Assembly (NCBI RefSeq): GCF_009834535.1
Contig: NC_045696.1
Coordinates: forward strand, 102,364,001 to 102,428,000
DNA length: 64,000 nt
Direction of reading: 5' to 3'
From: Camelus ferus
Taxonomy: Eukaryota
This document shows, in pieces, positions 52,239-64,000 of the stretch. Position 1 is the first letter of the stretch. The number at the start of each line of letters is the position of its first letter. The position numbers were made by a program, and so were the translations under genes. The notes below the pieces were generated by a model. The model saw only the letters and a program-made list of their open reading frames with translations, was not told where the DNA came from and searched no databases.

Positions 52239-54177
52239 TGCGGGGGTGGGGGGGTGGGGGTAGGGGAAGCGGTGTCAAAATCTAAACTCTGAAAGTCTAA
52301 AGCATTCTTTAGTAAGGCACAGGGAGAAGTCAGACTGATTCATATCCCAAGAGCTTAAAGTAATTCATCTCCCTGCGAAGGGACCCCCCTTTCCCCTAGT
52401 GGGTCCCCTGTCCCCCACCCCCCCGCACTGGCTTAGAGCAGCGGTGCAGGTGGCAATCCCACCAGCTGGACTGGCTTGCACCTCATATCAGCTCAACTGC
52501 AAAATTTCACTACAGCATCTTCTGATTTTTCTCCCCTTTTAGATTGGAAAAGGGACAGTGAAAAAGGAGGAGACTCAGCGTGTAGCTTCAAGAAATTCTG
52601 TCATTCTGGAATAAATAATTAACTTGAAAGAAGGCATAGTATCTCAGAAGAAAAAAAAAATCAAAGTTACAAAGATTTTGCAAAAAGATTATTCAAGACA
52701 AGCTTTTTAAACCTGTTGCCAGCGAGCTGGATTGAACTTCTGAGTGCCATCTTTTTTTTTTTCCGCCTCCATTATTGGGTGGTGTTAAGTTGGTTTTAAG
52801 TGGCTTTTCTTTCCTGATGTCTTGGGAACACCAACAGCCTTGTCCTCTTCCTTTCTGCCCCGTGAGGCCCCCTGGGGTGATGGAGAGGGCACTGGGCTTG
52901 GGTGCCTAATCAGGGTTCACCTCACAAGTGGGTGGAGTGAGAAATACAATGTCCCATCATGGGGCGGCAGGACCCTGCTCAAAATAAGCCCTGCCACTGG
53001 CCTCCTGCCACTCGAGCTGCTCTCCCTTGAAGCCAGAAGGGTGTTAGTCAGCAGGAAGCATCTAAGCAAACAGCACTGGGTGAGGCTGAGCCTCATCAGC
53101 TTAGCACTTTGGTAAATAGACACTGACAGCCAAGCCCCGTGGGAGTGGACGTCGGGGAGGTGGGCTGGGAACAGGGTATGAGGCCAAGGAGGGCACTGCT
53201 CGAAGGGAGGGTGTGGGGCGTGACAGACAAGCTTCACCAACTTCATTGTGCCCCATGTCATTTTCAGGCAAGTCGGCATCCTCCCGTTTCCTAGGCCACC
53301 TGCAGTGCTGGCCTGGCAGGTTACCTGGCTTCCCCCACCCCATGCTCTTCGGTCCTCAGCTGAATGCATGGCATTCTAGGCCACATGCAACAAACTTTTT
53401 TTGAGTGTCAACTGTGTGCCAACTGGTCTAGGCAATGGGGAGGGATGAGTCAAGTACAGCCCTGGCCTTCAGGGACAGAAAGCTTTCATCTACCTAGAGG
53501 TGTCTGGGCGACAGGACTTTATTGATTCTCAGAGCAGGTTCCATGGAACAGGAAGTCTGGGAGATGGGACAGGGAAGGGGGAGAGGTTCTTTGTCTACCT
53601 AAATTTGAGAAACGCTACTTTTCTCACAGTGTTTTAAAAAAAAGTCTTAACAGTAAAGAGACGTGCTTAATTTCCGTGACTTATTTGGGCCCAGAACCCA
53701 TTTACCATTTAATATGTTTTACATCCTAAGGTGCTTATCTACCAGGAAACACACTTTGGGGCCTGACCCGTCTGCTTCATTTCAGCCAGATGTGCTCTGG
53801 AATTCAGAATTTGGGCGGTGTTCAAAAGGCAATCTAGTACACCCCTTTTCTGTGCTATTCTTGATAGCTGAGGGCTTCTTCAGAGGGAAAACAGAGAATT
53901 CCTAGCTCCATTAGACATGGAAGGTTTGGGGACAAATGATTTCACATCAGATTCTGGAGTCTGGGACCACATGACCAGACTCCTATTTGCATCAATCATA
54001 TTCATCCTTTCTCTCATTTTACTTAAAAAAATACGTTTTGAGCACCTGCTGTGGAAGCAACCACATTGAAAACTGGGCATTCTCTGTCATTGGGGAAGTT
54101 GTAGTCTGCCAGCCAGGGTTGGGGTGACCTGGCCAGTTAACAAGCCGTTTGAAGGTGTGTGTGGCCCATGCCATGCT

Positions 54178-54295
54178 TAGGGTGACCACACACCCTGGTT
54201 TGCCTGACTCAGCCCCTGTTTATGCCTGTTGTCCTTGCATAGTGCGTACGGCTACCCCCTTTCTGCTCCCTTAGGTGTCCTAGTTCTGACGTTAG
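54178..54295. mobile_element. MER81-like hAT-Blackjack MITE
   Basis: tagggtgaccacacaccctggtttgcc...gtttatgcctgttgtcc. Confidence 0.7.
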
Positions 54296-54319
54296 ATTAC
54301 GAGGTCCCCCTGGTTATAA

Positions 54320-55030
54320 TGGCTATAGGCTGTGGAAGTCCAGAGGTGGGAGGGCCAGGGGAAGCTTCTGGGAGGACCTGACAAGAGTCCTGAATATCTG
54401 AGGGGGAGGAGGAGCCAGGGACAACAGTGGGACCAGCACTCAGGTGGAAGAAGTAGCAAGTGCAAAGGATGAGAGAAGATAGTAGGGCTCAGCACATGTG
54501 GTTACGTCGAGGGAGGCAGGAGACAGGTCTTGAAGAGTTCAGTTATATCATGGTAAGGAGCTGAGACTTTTCAGGGCCTTGGGAAGACCTTGGTGGGGTT
54601 GTAGGCAAGGAGGTGCCTAGATGGAGTCAACGTCGTTGAAGAACCACTCTGGCTGTGAATGGGAGCAGAGGTGGGGCAGTGAGCTGGGAACAGTCAGAGG
54701 AGCCCCTAGACCAGTGAGGAGATTGCTGCAGCCACCCAGGGGAGAAGAGCTGACGGCCTGGGTGAGGACCACAGCTGTGGGCTGGAGAGAAGTGGGCGGA
54801 TAAATGGGTGGATGGATGGATGGAAGGATGGATGGATAGGGAGGTCTTCATTGATTGATTGATTGATTGATTGGCTGTGGTGGGGATGGGAAAAGAGAGT
54901 TGAAGGTGAAACCCTTGCTTGTGCATGAACATGGATGCTGGAGTCTTCTTCAAGGAGACAGGGAGTGTAGGGGGAGGAACAGGTCTTGGGAGAGGGAGAC
55001 AAGGAGGCCAGTTTTGGTCAGGACATATGT
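54320..55030 (-). mobile_element. L2 fragment with internal (GGAT)n/(GATT)n repeats
   Basis: Antisense L2 text: gaaccactctggctgtg...agaccagtgaggagattgctgcag. Confidence 0.7.
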
Positions 55031-58000
55031 GCGTGTCTTGGCCTTTTCAAAGCTTCAAGGCTAAAAGGGTAAAGACAAAGGGGCATTTTTTTTAAAATGA
55101 TTCAGAAACATTCTTGAAACTGAATGAAACAAAAAGCCAAGTCACAGCGTACCGGAGCAGCCTTGTTACTGGCACGATGTGTCACTGGCCGCTGTTGTTT
55201 GGGAGGCAGGGAACTGAGCCTCCAGCACCAAGCTCCTCTGTTTAGCCCTGCAGCAGAGCAGGTGTGGACAACGGCCCTGTGAGCACCCCTCCCGCCCACC
55301 CTGAGCACAGGACCCTCCACTTGCCGCCTGTGCTACCACGGACAGTCCCCCGAGCGGACTGGCTGTTAAGTGGCCTCAGTCCTTCCCCAGCCTGAGGCAG
55401 GTTTCCTTCTGACGCTGGAATGCTCTCGAAGCCGTTCACCAGCCCCCTGAGCCGTCCACCAACAGTGTCAGTTCTCTTGCCTCTGCTTCCTCACTGTCCC
55501 CAGGGCCATTGTGCAGGTTGGATGAGGGCAGAGACAAGGGGATTTGGTTTGCTTTGGGCCAGAGAGAATCAGAGCTTAAAACTGCCATGGCAGCTCTTGG
55601 ATCTTCCAAGGCCATATGGCATTCCCTGCTTGATTGTCCAGTCATTTTTGTCTTTCAGCTATTGATTCAAGGTTTATTAACATTATGCATCTCGGTCATG
55701 GCCTGAGAAGTTCAAGTGACTGCATGTCTGTAACGGTCCCACCCTTTCCAAGCAAAGAACAAGAAAAATTGCTCCATGGCTGTCAACGGGGCTCTGCCTG
55801 ATAGTGATGCCGTAGCAGGAGGCGTTCCCTCTGTAGCAGTAGTGAAATCACCTCACCCGAAACAGTCCGGTCCAGGCAGTGGAATGATTCTGTTGTCTGA
55901 AACCCTGAGCCATCAGCAGATGTATTAGTCACCCCCAAAGGCCTCCTGTTGTAGTCCAGAGGGCCAGCCTTTGCATACAAAGCAAGCAAATTCCAAGTTC
56001 AAGTTTCATTTCATAAGCTGTAACAGTGACCCAGGGCCAAGGTAAACTTTTTAAAGAAAGCCTAAAAAGAATTCTTGGCCCTGAAAATGCAAACAAGTAG
56101 AACCTGAACTGTATTTATATTTTACTTAGCAGTCCCAAGAAACCTATAAGCATTTGGAGTTTATGAAGTGTGATGTGTTCCTTGGTTTTTGTTATAGCAG
56201 GAGTCTGGGCTTAGCTTTTTTTTTGCATGCTCTCTCTGTGTAGAGCTGGAACTACAATCATCATAATCAAGCATTTAAGCAAACAAAAATAATCATTTGA
56301 AAGCTATTTTCCATAAGCTCTTTAGTTCTCAATTCACTACAATTGTGTTCAGAAGAAAATGTTCCATTTCTTTCCTATTGTAGTACTTACTGTCAGCAGC
56401 AGAAGCAATGACCAGTTCTCCACATATAAAATTAATTCCATTTCAGCATTTCTGAATAAAAACAAATCAATCAAAAGCCTAAATTTGTTTTTCTTCCAGG
56501 AAGACATTTTTTGGGACCGTCCAGAACCTCCCAGAGGATAGCATCCTAGGTACACTTGAGTGTCAGCACTTGGCATAATTTTGAGCCCTTCTGGCAAAAC
56601 CAAATAGTTCACCTCTGTGAAATTTTTTCATGTCTAAAATCCCCTTTGGCATTCACTTCATGCGAATTCTCCCCTTAGCCCAGGCCGTTCCTAATTAAAG
56701 TGCAAAGGTTTATAGATACAAGGAGTCTATAAACTAACTCACTGCTAGTCCGTGGCCGGTGGAGGGCAAGGTGCTGAGCAGAAAGTGGGGAAATGATTGC
56801 ACTGGTTGCAGGAATAGCCTAACGGGAATGACTCCAAACCCCGCGGGAGTAGCTACCGTCAGCTCCCTCACTGTGACCGGCAAGGGAGCGAATTTGCAGG
56901 GATAACTCAGAACAGTGGGCCATCTGCTCCCGGTTCTTCTTGTGAATCCTAGAAACAAGATGCGAAGTCACAAGAGAAGCTGGCAGTGGTGAGTTCAGGG
57001 CGAGAAGCTCCCGGAGGATAAAGTTGAGGTCTGCCTCTTAACAGGCTATTTTCTGAGTCATCAAATTCTTCATAGTTTGCTTTATTAGCACTTTTCCAAA
57101 TTGGCAACGCAAAACTTTTGTCCCAGGTGTGAGCTGGCCAAGCCTAGCGTCACACAGAGAGTGGGAAATGGTACCTGCTTCTCTGCCTTGTGCAAGTCAC
57201 ACCCACGGCCCATTTGAGAGCTGCCTAGCTGGCCTTCTTGGGCCTCCCCTGCTTGCCAGCAGTTTTCCCCCATCCCACGTTGGCCCAGCTACCAGGACGG
57301 AGAAGGGCCTGAGAGGTGGAGAATTTGGCTGACACATCCCTTGTGAGGTTCAGAAATAGGGAGACCACATTTTGCTTTCAGACTTCTGACAACCGAGGCT
57401 GTAATGACTCAAAGGGGACCTGCATTGGCACCAGTGTTCACAGTCGGTCAGACACTGTGAAGTTTTATTCTAAAGAGTTTGGAGTTAATCTGAGTTATTT
57501 CCTTCCTGGGGGAGACACCAGAAGACGCCACAGTGATGGGTAACTGAAGTCCCTGAGATCTGGGGTGACTATCTCCAGCTCCTCTCATAACTGGAGCTGC
57601 ATCCCTGAACTGGGAAGAATCAATGGGAGAAAAAAAATGTCAGTTTATAGTACGAAACAATGCAGCCTTAGCCTGAGCAGGAACACCCTGTGAGGCCCCA
57701 GGCGAATGGAAGGGTGGGAGGTGGAGGGGATGTCACCAGGCTGTCAACTTCAGTGATCACCAGGGACCTGCACTGAGAATGCCTTGGCCTCATTTCAAAA
57801 TATCAGATTTATTCCAAGGGCTCTGCATGGCATCAGGAGCCCTGTGGGCCCACAGAAGCCAATAGAACGAACTGTAGAATGCTTGGCTGGGCCTCCTCGA
57901 AATCCTCCGGAAAGTCGCAGCTCCTCTGCGTCGAGTGACACTGGTGCACGGGCCCAGGGCCTGACTGGAGCTCACAGGTTTGTGGAAACCCCACCACTTC

Positions 58001-58769
58001 CCCACTTCCCCCTCGGGAGCACATGCCCACCTTTCTTTGCAAACACTCTGAAAATCAGCAACAAAAAAGAAGCTCAATTAGGAGAAAATGTTAATTGTGT
58101 TCAATCAGCAGATGGTGCGCGGAATGTGAAAATTCTCTAACCTCCAAAGTCACCAACTTTTGAATGTTCTTGATTTCCCTTTCGCTGTTTGAAAGAGAAG
58201 GGAATCTTTCCATTCCGGGTACATTACTAACCTCTATATTCCAACCTCTCTTGGATTCTGGGTTATAAGCCACATCTCATACTCCATAATGGTGTATTCA
58301 ATTCCTAAAATGCTCAAAAAGTGTCACTACAGCTCATGAATAGAACCTCAAAACTGTAAGTAGTAGAGAGAAAGGGGGGAGGGTGAGAGAGCATAGTTCC
58401 TCTTTCAGGGTATCCCCATTTTCCTCTCCTTCTCCGCCTTTTCCTCAAGGAACCAGAGATACATGGGACAAAATGTTAAAACTCCAACCATTGCAAACGG
58501 AAGTCTCCAGTAAACTCCCGCATGGCAAATCTTTTCATACCAATAATACTGCTCCCAAACCAAGCCTATGAATCATGCCACAGAGTTCCCGGGCCTCAGT
58601 CACCTATGGGGTTGATGGCCTCAGGTATGAATGGTGCTGAGGCAGCCTCAGAGGATGCAGGAAAGGGAAGGTCTTTTCTAAGAGGCACCTCTGATGACTC
58701 CTTCCAAGGCCAGCGATGTGACCGTGTGGCCCCAAGCTCCGGAGTCAAAGCGATGGGGAGCCAGGCTGG

Positions 58770-58950
58770 CAGTGCAGTAGCCTGAGTGCGTGTTCTGGCT
58801 CCACCACCTCCTAGTCATCTCCCAGCGCCTCAGTTTCCTCACCCATAAAATGGGGATAATGATAGAGCTACTTCCTAGGATTAAAGGAGATTATTCATGT
58901 AAAGCACTTAACACAGAAGTGCCCACGTGCCTAAGTGTTTAATAAATGCC
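58770..58950 (+). mobile_element. MIR
   Basis: gcctcagtttcctcacccataaaatggggataat...atgtaaagcacttaacacag. Confidence 0.85.
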
Positions 58951-60919
58951 CAACATCACTAATTTGCAATTCTGAGCCAGAGGCATGAGCTTACTGCTTT
59001 TGATTCTAACCCAGAGCAGAAACTCAACAATATTGCACAGAACGTGAAGTTGGAGAGCAGGAGTTACAGGAACTCACCCACACTACAGAAAGGCCCACTA
59101 ACACCAGCATATACCCACCTTCTCTACCCAGTTGGTAGTCGAGCAACAGGAATCTCAAGAGACTTGAAACCCCACGTAGAGCCAAAGGACACGGCCGATT
59201 CGTATCACTCATTTTGTCGACAGATGGTTCTACTAGGCTTGGCAGATTACCCATAAATGCTCACTGCTGTGTGGGGCAGGGGAACCCCTGGGAGAGTAGC
59301 CAAAAAGCTAGGACCATCCCATCCTTCCAGAGTGGTTCCCGTGGGCTCCAAGTTTTTGTCTGGACACCGAGGTCCAATTAGGTTAGGTGGAAATCTCATA
59401 AGATCTAGTTTCCTTACCATATTCCAGTTCCTCGGATTCCAGTTGAGCTGAAAATGTCCTCAAAGTGATCGTATTTCTGAGAAACTGCCAATATTTCTCA
59501 CCTATGACCCTACTGAGTCATAGAGGGGTGTAAATGAGGGAAAGTTCTCCATCCTGCTAAAATATTTAGGGAGGAATTCTGACTGAAGGTCACAATCAAT
59601 TCAGCCTTTCCAGTTCCTCAGGGTGATTTCAAATTGGGTTTCAAAAAGAGGCCAAGAGCCAAATCCCACAGAAATTTCAGGAGCATTAAATGAATCTTGC
59701 ACAGAACTCCTAGCAGCGGTTAGATATTAACAAGGAGAAAAGAACAATTATCGTTTGGGACTCCAAGTGCCACTTTATGTCACTTTAAAGAATGAATAGA
59801 CTTCCAGCTCCACTCAGCTGTCTGCTCACAATTACAAAGCAATGGTAAATAATCGTGGCAAATGGAAGGTTTGATTTAGGAGAGTGAAATTGTGTAACGA
59901 CTCGGTGCTTTTTCTTCCTTTTCTGTGGCAAGCGGGACAGCTCCTGCCACTGGTTTGGCTTATATCCAGACCCATGACTTACAAAAAAAACAGGTTGGTG
60001 CCTGGAACCACTTATTAAAGCAGACACACTGACACACACAAAACCTACCAAAATATTTTTTATTATTTTTACAAGGAAAAAATAATCATATTGTGTGGCA
60101 TGGTTTAATTTGCTGTCCAGTGGTTTTATTTAGCCAGAATCATCTTTGTCCATGCCAATAAAATTTTTCAGCAGCTTTAATAGAAAGTGCACCTTTCCAT
60201 TTTCTGAGAGCACCAGTTTCCGAGGACACCCCCGGAGCTCTGCCCCTGAGAAGATGTGTTGATATAGTGGGTATGCAGGACTTCTCTCCTTCTGCACCCC
60301 TAATTCACTGGAAAGGGTGGGGCAGGTTTTATACTCGATCTGAAAGGGGTCTGGGCCCCTGGCAGGGAAGACTTTGATCTAGGGCCCAAAAGCATCTTAT
60401 CCAAACATGCATTCATTTAATCTTGCAACTCAAGAGTGACAGGCCCTTCCAAAGTGGTTTGGGAGGACCAAGGGGACAGAGTAGAGGCACACAGGAGGCC
60501 CCTGCAGGCATGCCCAAGGAGCCAGTTATCTGTGATACCCGGTCTCGGGAGAGAAGCTTTGCCTCTCAGAAAGGCAGGAGGGGCGACTCAAAGCCTTCCT
60601 AGTGCAGACGGCCTCCTCTCAGGGCTTTTCAGGGGAGCTAGGTTTTGTGGACTGGAAAGCCTAACAGCAAACAAGAGCTGCCCGAGGGAGACCCAGACAG
60701 GCTGGAGTCCACGGCTGCGGTATTCCCCACCGTTCCTTCAGTGGCCGGCCCAGCCCCTACTCATCCCTCTCACCCTTATCCCAAAGGCCCTGTCCAGTGT
60801 CATTTCTCATGACTTTATTTCTTGCCAACTAAATCCCAAATAAGGTTCAGGTTTCAGATAATACCCTTTCCAAAAGAATTTGCTTGTTAACAGAAAACCC
60901 CAAATCTTTTTCAAGTCTT

Positions 60920-61640
60920 AACTGAATTTAACAAACATCAATTGAGAGAACTCATTTCTGAGTACTGGGCGTTAAGCACGGCAGACACAAAAAGGAATGA
61001 GATGTGTTCCTCACTTAAGGAGCTCACAGTCTAACAGGACAGGAGATATATAGTCAAATAGTTCTTATATATTAAGACAAATACAATTAGAAAATTGAGT
61101 GAAGGCCTATGGGAGCCCCAGTAAAGAAATTCTCTATGTTTTGTTGCATATAGCAAGAAAATACAAATAACAATGGCTTAATCAAAATAAATGTTCAGCA
61201 TTAAACAGTCTACAGCTGGTAACAGACTTCTATGATGTCATCAGTATCTCTATGGTCCTCCTATCTTTCTTTTCTACCATCCTTAGTATACAGCTGCTAG
61301 CCTCAAGTTTACTTCATGGCCCCAAAATGGCTGCTGGAGCGTCAGACGGCTCATTCCAGTTCCAGGCAAGAAGGGAGAAAGGACAAAACTGATGCTCTCT
61401 TTGCAGAGCTTCTCTCAAAATTCTACCCAACAAATTTCTTCCATTCCATTGGCCACCAAATCTGCTGAGGAAATAAAATCTCTGCCCACTGTAAGGAGGA
61501 AAGGGAGACTGGATATTGGCTAGGCAGAAAGCAATCTATCCCACAGGCTTTAAAGAATAAATAGGCCTCCCCAAAAGACAAAGTGAGGAAGGGCATTCCT
61601 GGTAAAGGAAACAGAGCATGCAAAGATAAAAGTACTTAGT
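60920..61640 (-). mobile_element. L2 3' fragment interrupted by an old MLT1 LTR (about 61135-61530)
   Basis: L2 tail (aatttaacaaacat...aaggagctcacagtcta), then MLT1-like ataacaatggcttaa...aaaatggctgctggagc...cattggcca, then L2 resumes (gggcattcctggtaaaggaaacag). Confidence 0.65.
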
Positions 61641-62717
61641 CAATGTGGGAAATGTGAGTAGCCTACAAAGGCCTTGCCTCTCAGCCTTAGTCGATCAACC
61701 TTGTTTTTTCGGTCAGTGGGTTTCCTAACTTTGGGGTATGTGTTTTGGTTATTGTTGTTTATTATGGTTAAAGGTCATAGGGACTCTTTTATTTGGATGG
61801 AATTTTGTGTGGAACCCCAAGATGAAAACGCTAAAAGAGAACAGCTCTAGTTCAAGGTGGGGTTAGACAAGGAGCACTGTACTTTACTAACCATTAGGTA
61901 GAAAGTAGCAAGTCCTAGGAGAGGAGTAAGTAAAAGATCCCTGGGGTTTCAGAGGCAGTGACAGTTGATCTGTGTCTGAAAGGATTTAGGATTTCCAAGT
62001 GCCAAGGTGCAAAGAAAAGCTGTTCAAATGGAGGAAAGAGGGAAAGGCCCCAAGGGACAAGGGATACGTAAACAGGAATCAGGGCCCAATTTCCCTTACC
62101 AGAAACTAAGGCTTTGAGGAGAGTGTGGGGAACAAGGTTGGAAAGCTGTGGGATCAGCTGAGGACAATGAAGTTCATGTGTCTAGCAAGGGACGTGGCCG
62201 CGATGGAGGCCACTGACGTCTCCACTCCACAGGACAGTGGTAGCAACCATGCATCTGTACTCCAGCTTCTTTTAGTAATAGCCAGGATACACCTGTAATT
62301 TGGGTTCTCAGTGCATGTAGGCCTATTGATAAAACACAGAATACATGAGGCCTGAATCTGGATGCACATAGAGCCAAAAGGCAAAGTCCCACAGGAAGGC
62401 AAGTCCACGATTCGGTCACCTTTGGAACTTGTTCCCAGTGACTCCCCAGTCAAAGCTACTGCAGCCTGACTCTCTATGTCCCAAGTCACACAATCATCCA
62501 GTCCTTAAGCCAACCAATCCTAGGAAGGTGGAACCCTGAGGAGAGACGGCACTGCTACGTGCTCTCCCTCCTCTGTGGAGTTCTCGCTCTGTCTAAACTT
62601 TGGGGCTATCAGTGTGGCAAATGCTTTGGAAAAATGATTTGCAAACTGTAGGAGGCTACCCATAACTCAAGACCTGCATTTCTTAAAGAAAAGAAAAATT
62701 AGAATAAGACAGAATAC

Positions 62718-63000
62718 CATGTTAGAATAGGTAAGACTATCTTGTGGTAACAAACACTTCCCAGATCTTAGGGGCCCAGCAAACACTTTTATTTCTCTCT
62801 CACTTAAAGGCTGCTGAGGATGTACATGAGCCTCTAGGGCAACAGTCTACCATGTGGCAACTAGTCATCCAGGAAGCTTTGATGTGTGGCCCCACCATCT
62901 CAACCCGAGGCGTCCTTGGGCCTCTGTGGCAGGGAAAGCATCAGCTGGGGGGTTGCTGGCTTTCTATGCGTCAGTGTAGAAGTGACACTAGAACTGGATA
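62718..63000 (-). mobile_element. Old MLT1-type LTR fragment
   Basis: tgttagaataggtaagactatcttgtggtaacaaacacttcccagatct. Confidence 0.6.
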
Positions 63001-63462
63001 TCTGGATACCAGTGCCTACCAGCAACGCCGAGCAGAAGCACACAGCAGTCAGAGGGGACAGGGTAGGATGGGACAGAATAGGGCTAGGAATAAAAATAGG
63101 AATAGGACTAGATCCAAGTGCATCACAGAAGTATTTTTAGTTGTAAGACTGAGCAGATGCTAGGACATGTACTGAGGAGCAGTTGTAAAATGTATTTCCA
63201 GGTAGGGGTTTGAGGTGAAAAAAAAGTTTGAAAGTGACTGCATCTGAGAGAAAAATGTGCCTGGAGATAAGAATGAGATTATTTATGACATGCGACCTTG
63301 TAACAGTAAAGGGCTCTCCCCTGGTGTCCTCTCAGTCAAAGGAAATAGAGTTTGTGATGTCCCCTGAATGGGCTTCATCCCATAGTGCAAAATAGCCCAG
63401 TGTCACTTATCCTGACTCCCACACGCGTAACAAACTCAATGGGTTAAAGCAGTCACCGTCAA

Positions 63463-63521
<59 letters not shown>

Positions 63522-63560
63522 GTCACAGACAGAGAGAGAGAGATAAGGGGAGGGAGAGAG
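63463..63560. repeat. Compound (TG)n(GA)n(GACA)n microsatellite
   Basis: Direct tandem repeats. Confidence 0.95.
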
Positions 63561-64000
63561 GGAGCGATCTGTCTTCTTCAAAGAGCGTTCTACTAAGGAG
63601 TTTGTTAAATGCCCTGGAAGAGGTGGTGTCTTCAGAGGATGGGAAAGTCAGATTGGCCTCAATGACCACCAGGGCCCAGAAAAACAAATAGGATGATGAG
63701 AAAGGGTTACTCTAATGTGACCTTAAAAGCCTGATGCCCAATACGAAAGCCCCACCTTCTGAGTGAGTGCCTCGTTCCCATGGAGGAGCCTCGAACTGTA
63801 AGCACTCCATGGAAATCCCGCTGACATGCAGCAGTGAGCAGAGCCTCCCTGGACACCCCCGTGTAAGGGGCACCTCTCCAAGAATAGAAGGGAATCTTCT
63901 GAGAGAAACTTGGACATCTCTTTCTCAGGGCTCCAGCAGACAGCAGAAGGAAAATCAGGAACTCCGCAGGGCATGTGGGGGCTGAGCAAATTGACTTGGG

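Noticed and set aside
52039..52278. KERKKER-rich ORF
   Set aside because: Translation of the (CTTT)n microsatellite.
1..64000. CRISPR arrays, operons or prokaryotic defence systems
   Set aside because: The DNA is mammalian. I saw no regularly spaced repeat-spacer array and no dense coding regions.

Overview
Mammalian genomic DNA, most likely a camelid (alpaca, llama or camel), judging by a tRNA-derived Vic-1-type SINE. I see no intact protein-coding gene. Most of the window is intergenic sequence rich in old repeats (L2, MIR, MER5/MER91/MER94/MER63/MER81/MER102/MER46 DNA-transposon relics, MLT1/MLT2/MER21 LTRs), with one younger 5'-truncated L1 and several microsatellites. The main observation is on the minus strand at about 0.26-11.8 kb: a chain of about 10 decayed exon-like segments, most bounded by AG/GT. 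Read across stops and frameshifts, they give in order a DUF4062-like N-terminal domain, degenerate Walker A and Walker B motifs, and the helical motifs that follow a NACHT/STAND NTPase. This resembles the TTC41 (GNN) / NPHP3 / TEP1 / NWD1 architecture. It looks like an ancient unprocessed pseudogene of a TTC41-like paralogue that is invisible to the ORF track, and it probably runs off the left edge. The protein comparisons were made by eye against my recollection of TTC41 and need a real alignment. Repeat family names are by-eye recognitions and their boundaries are approximate.
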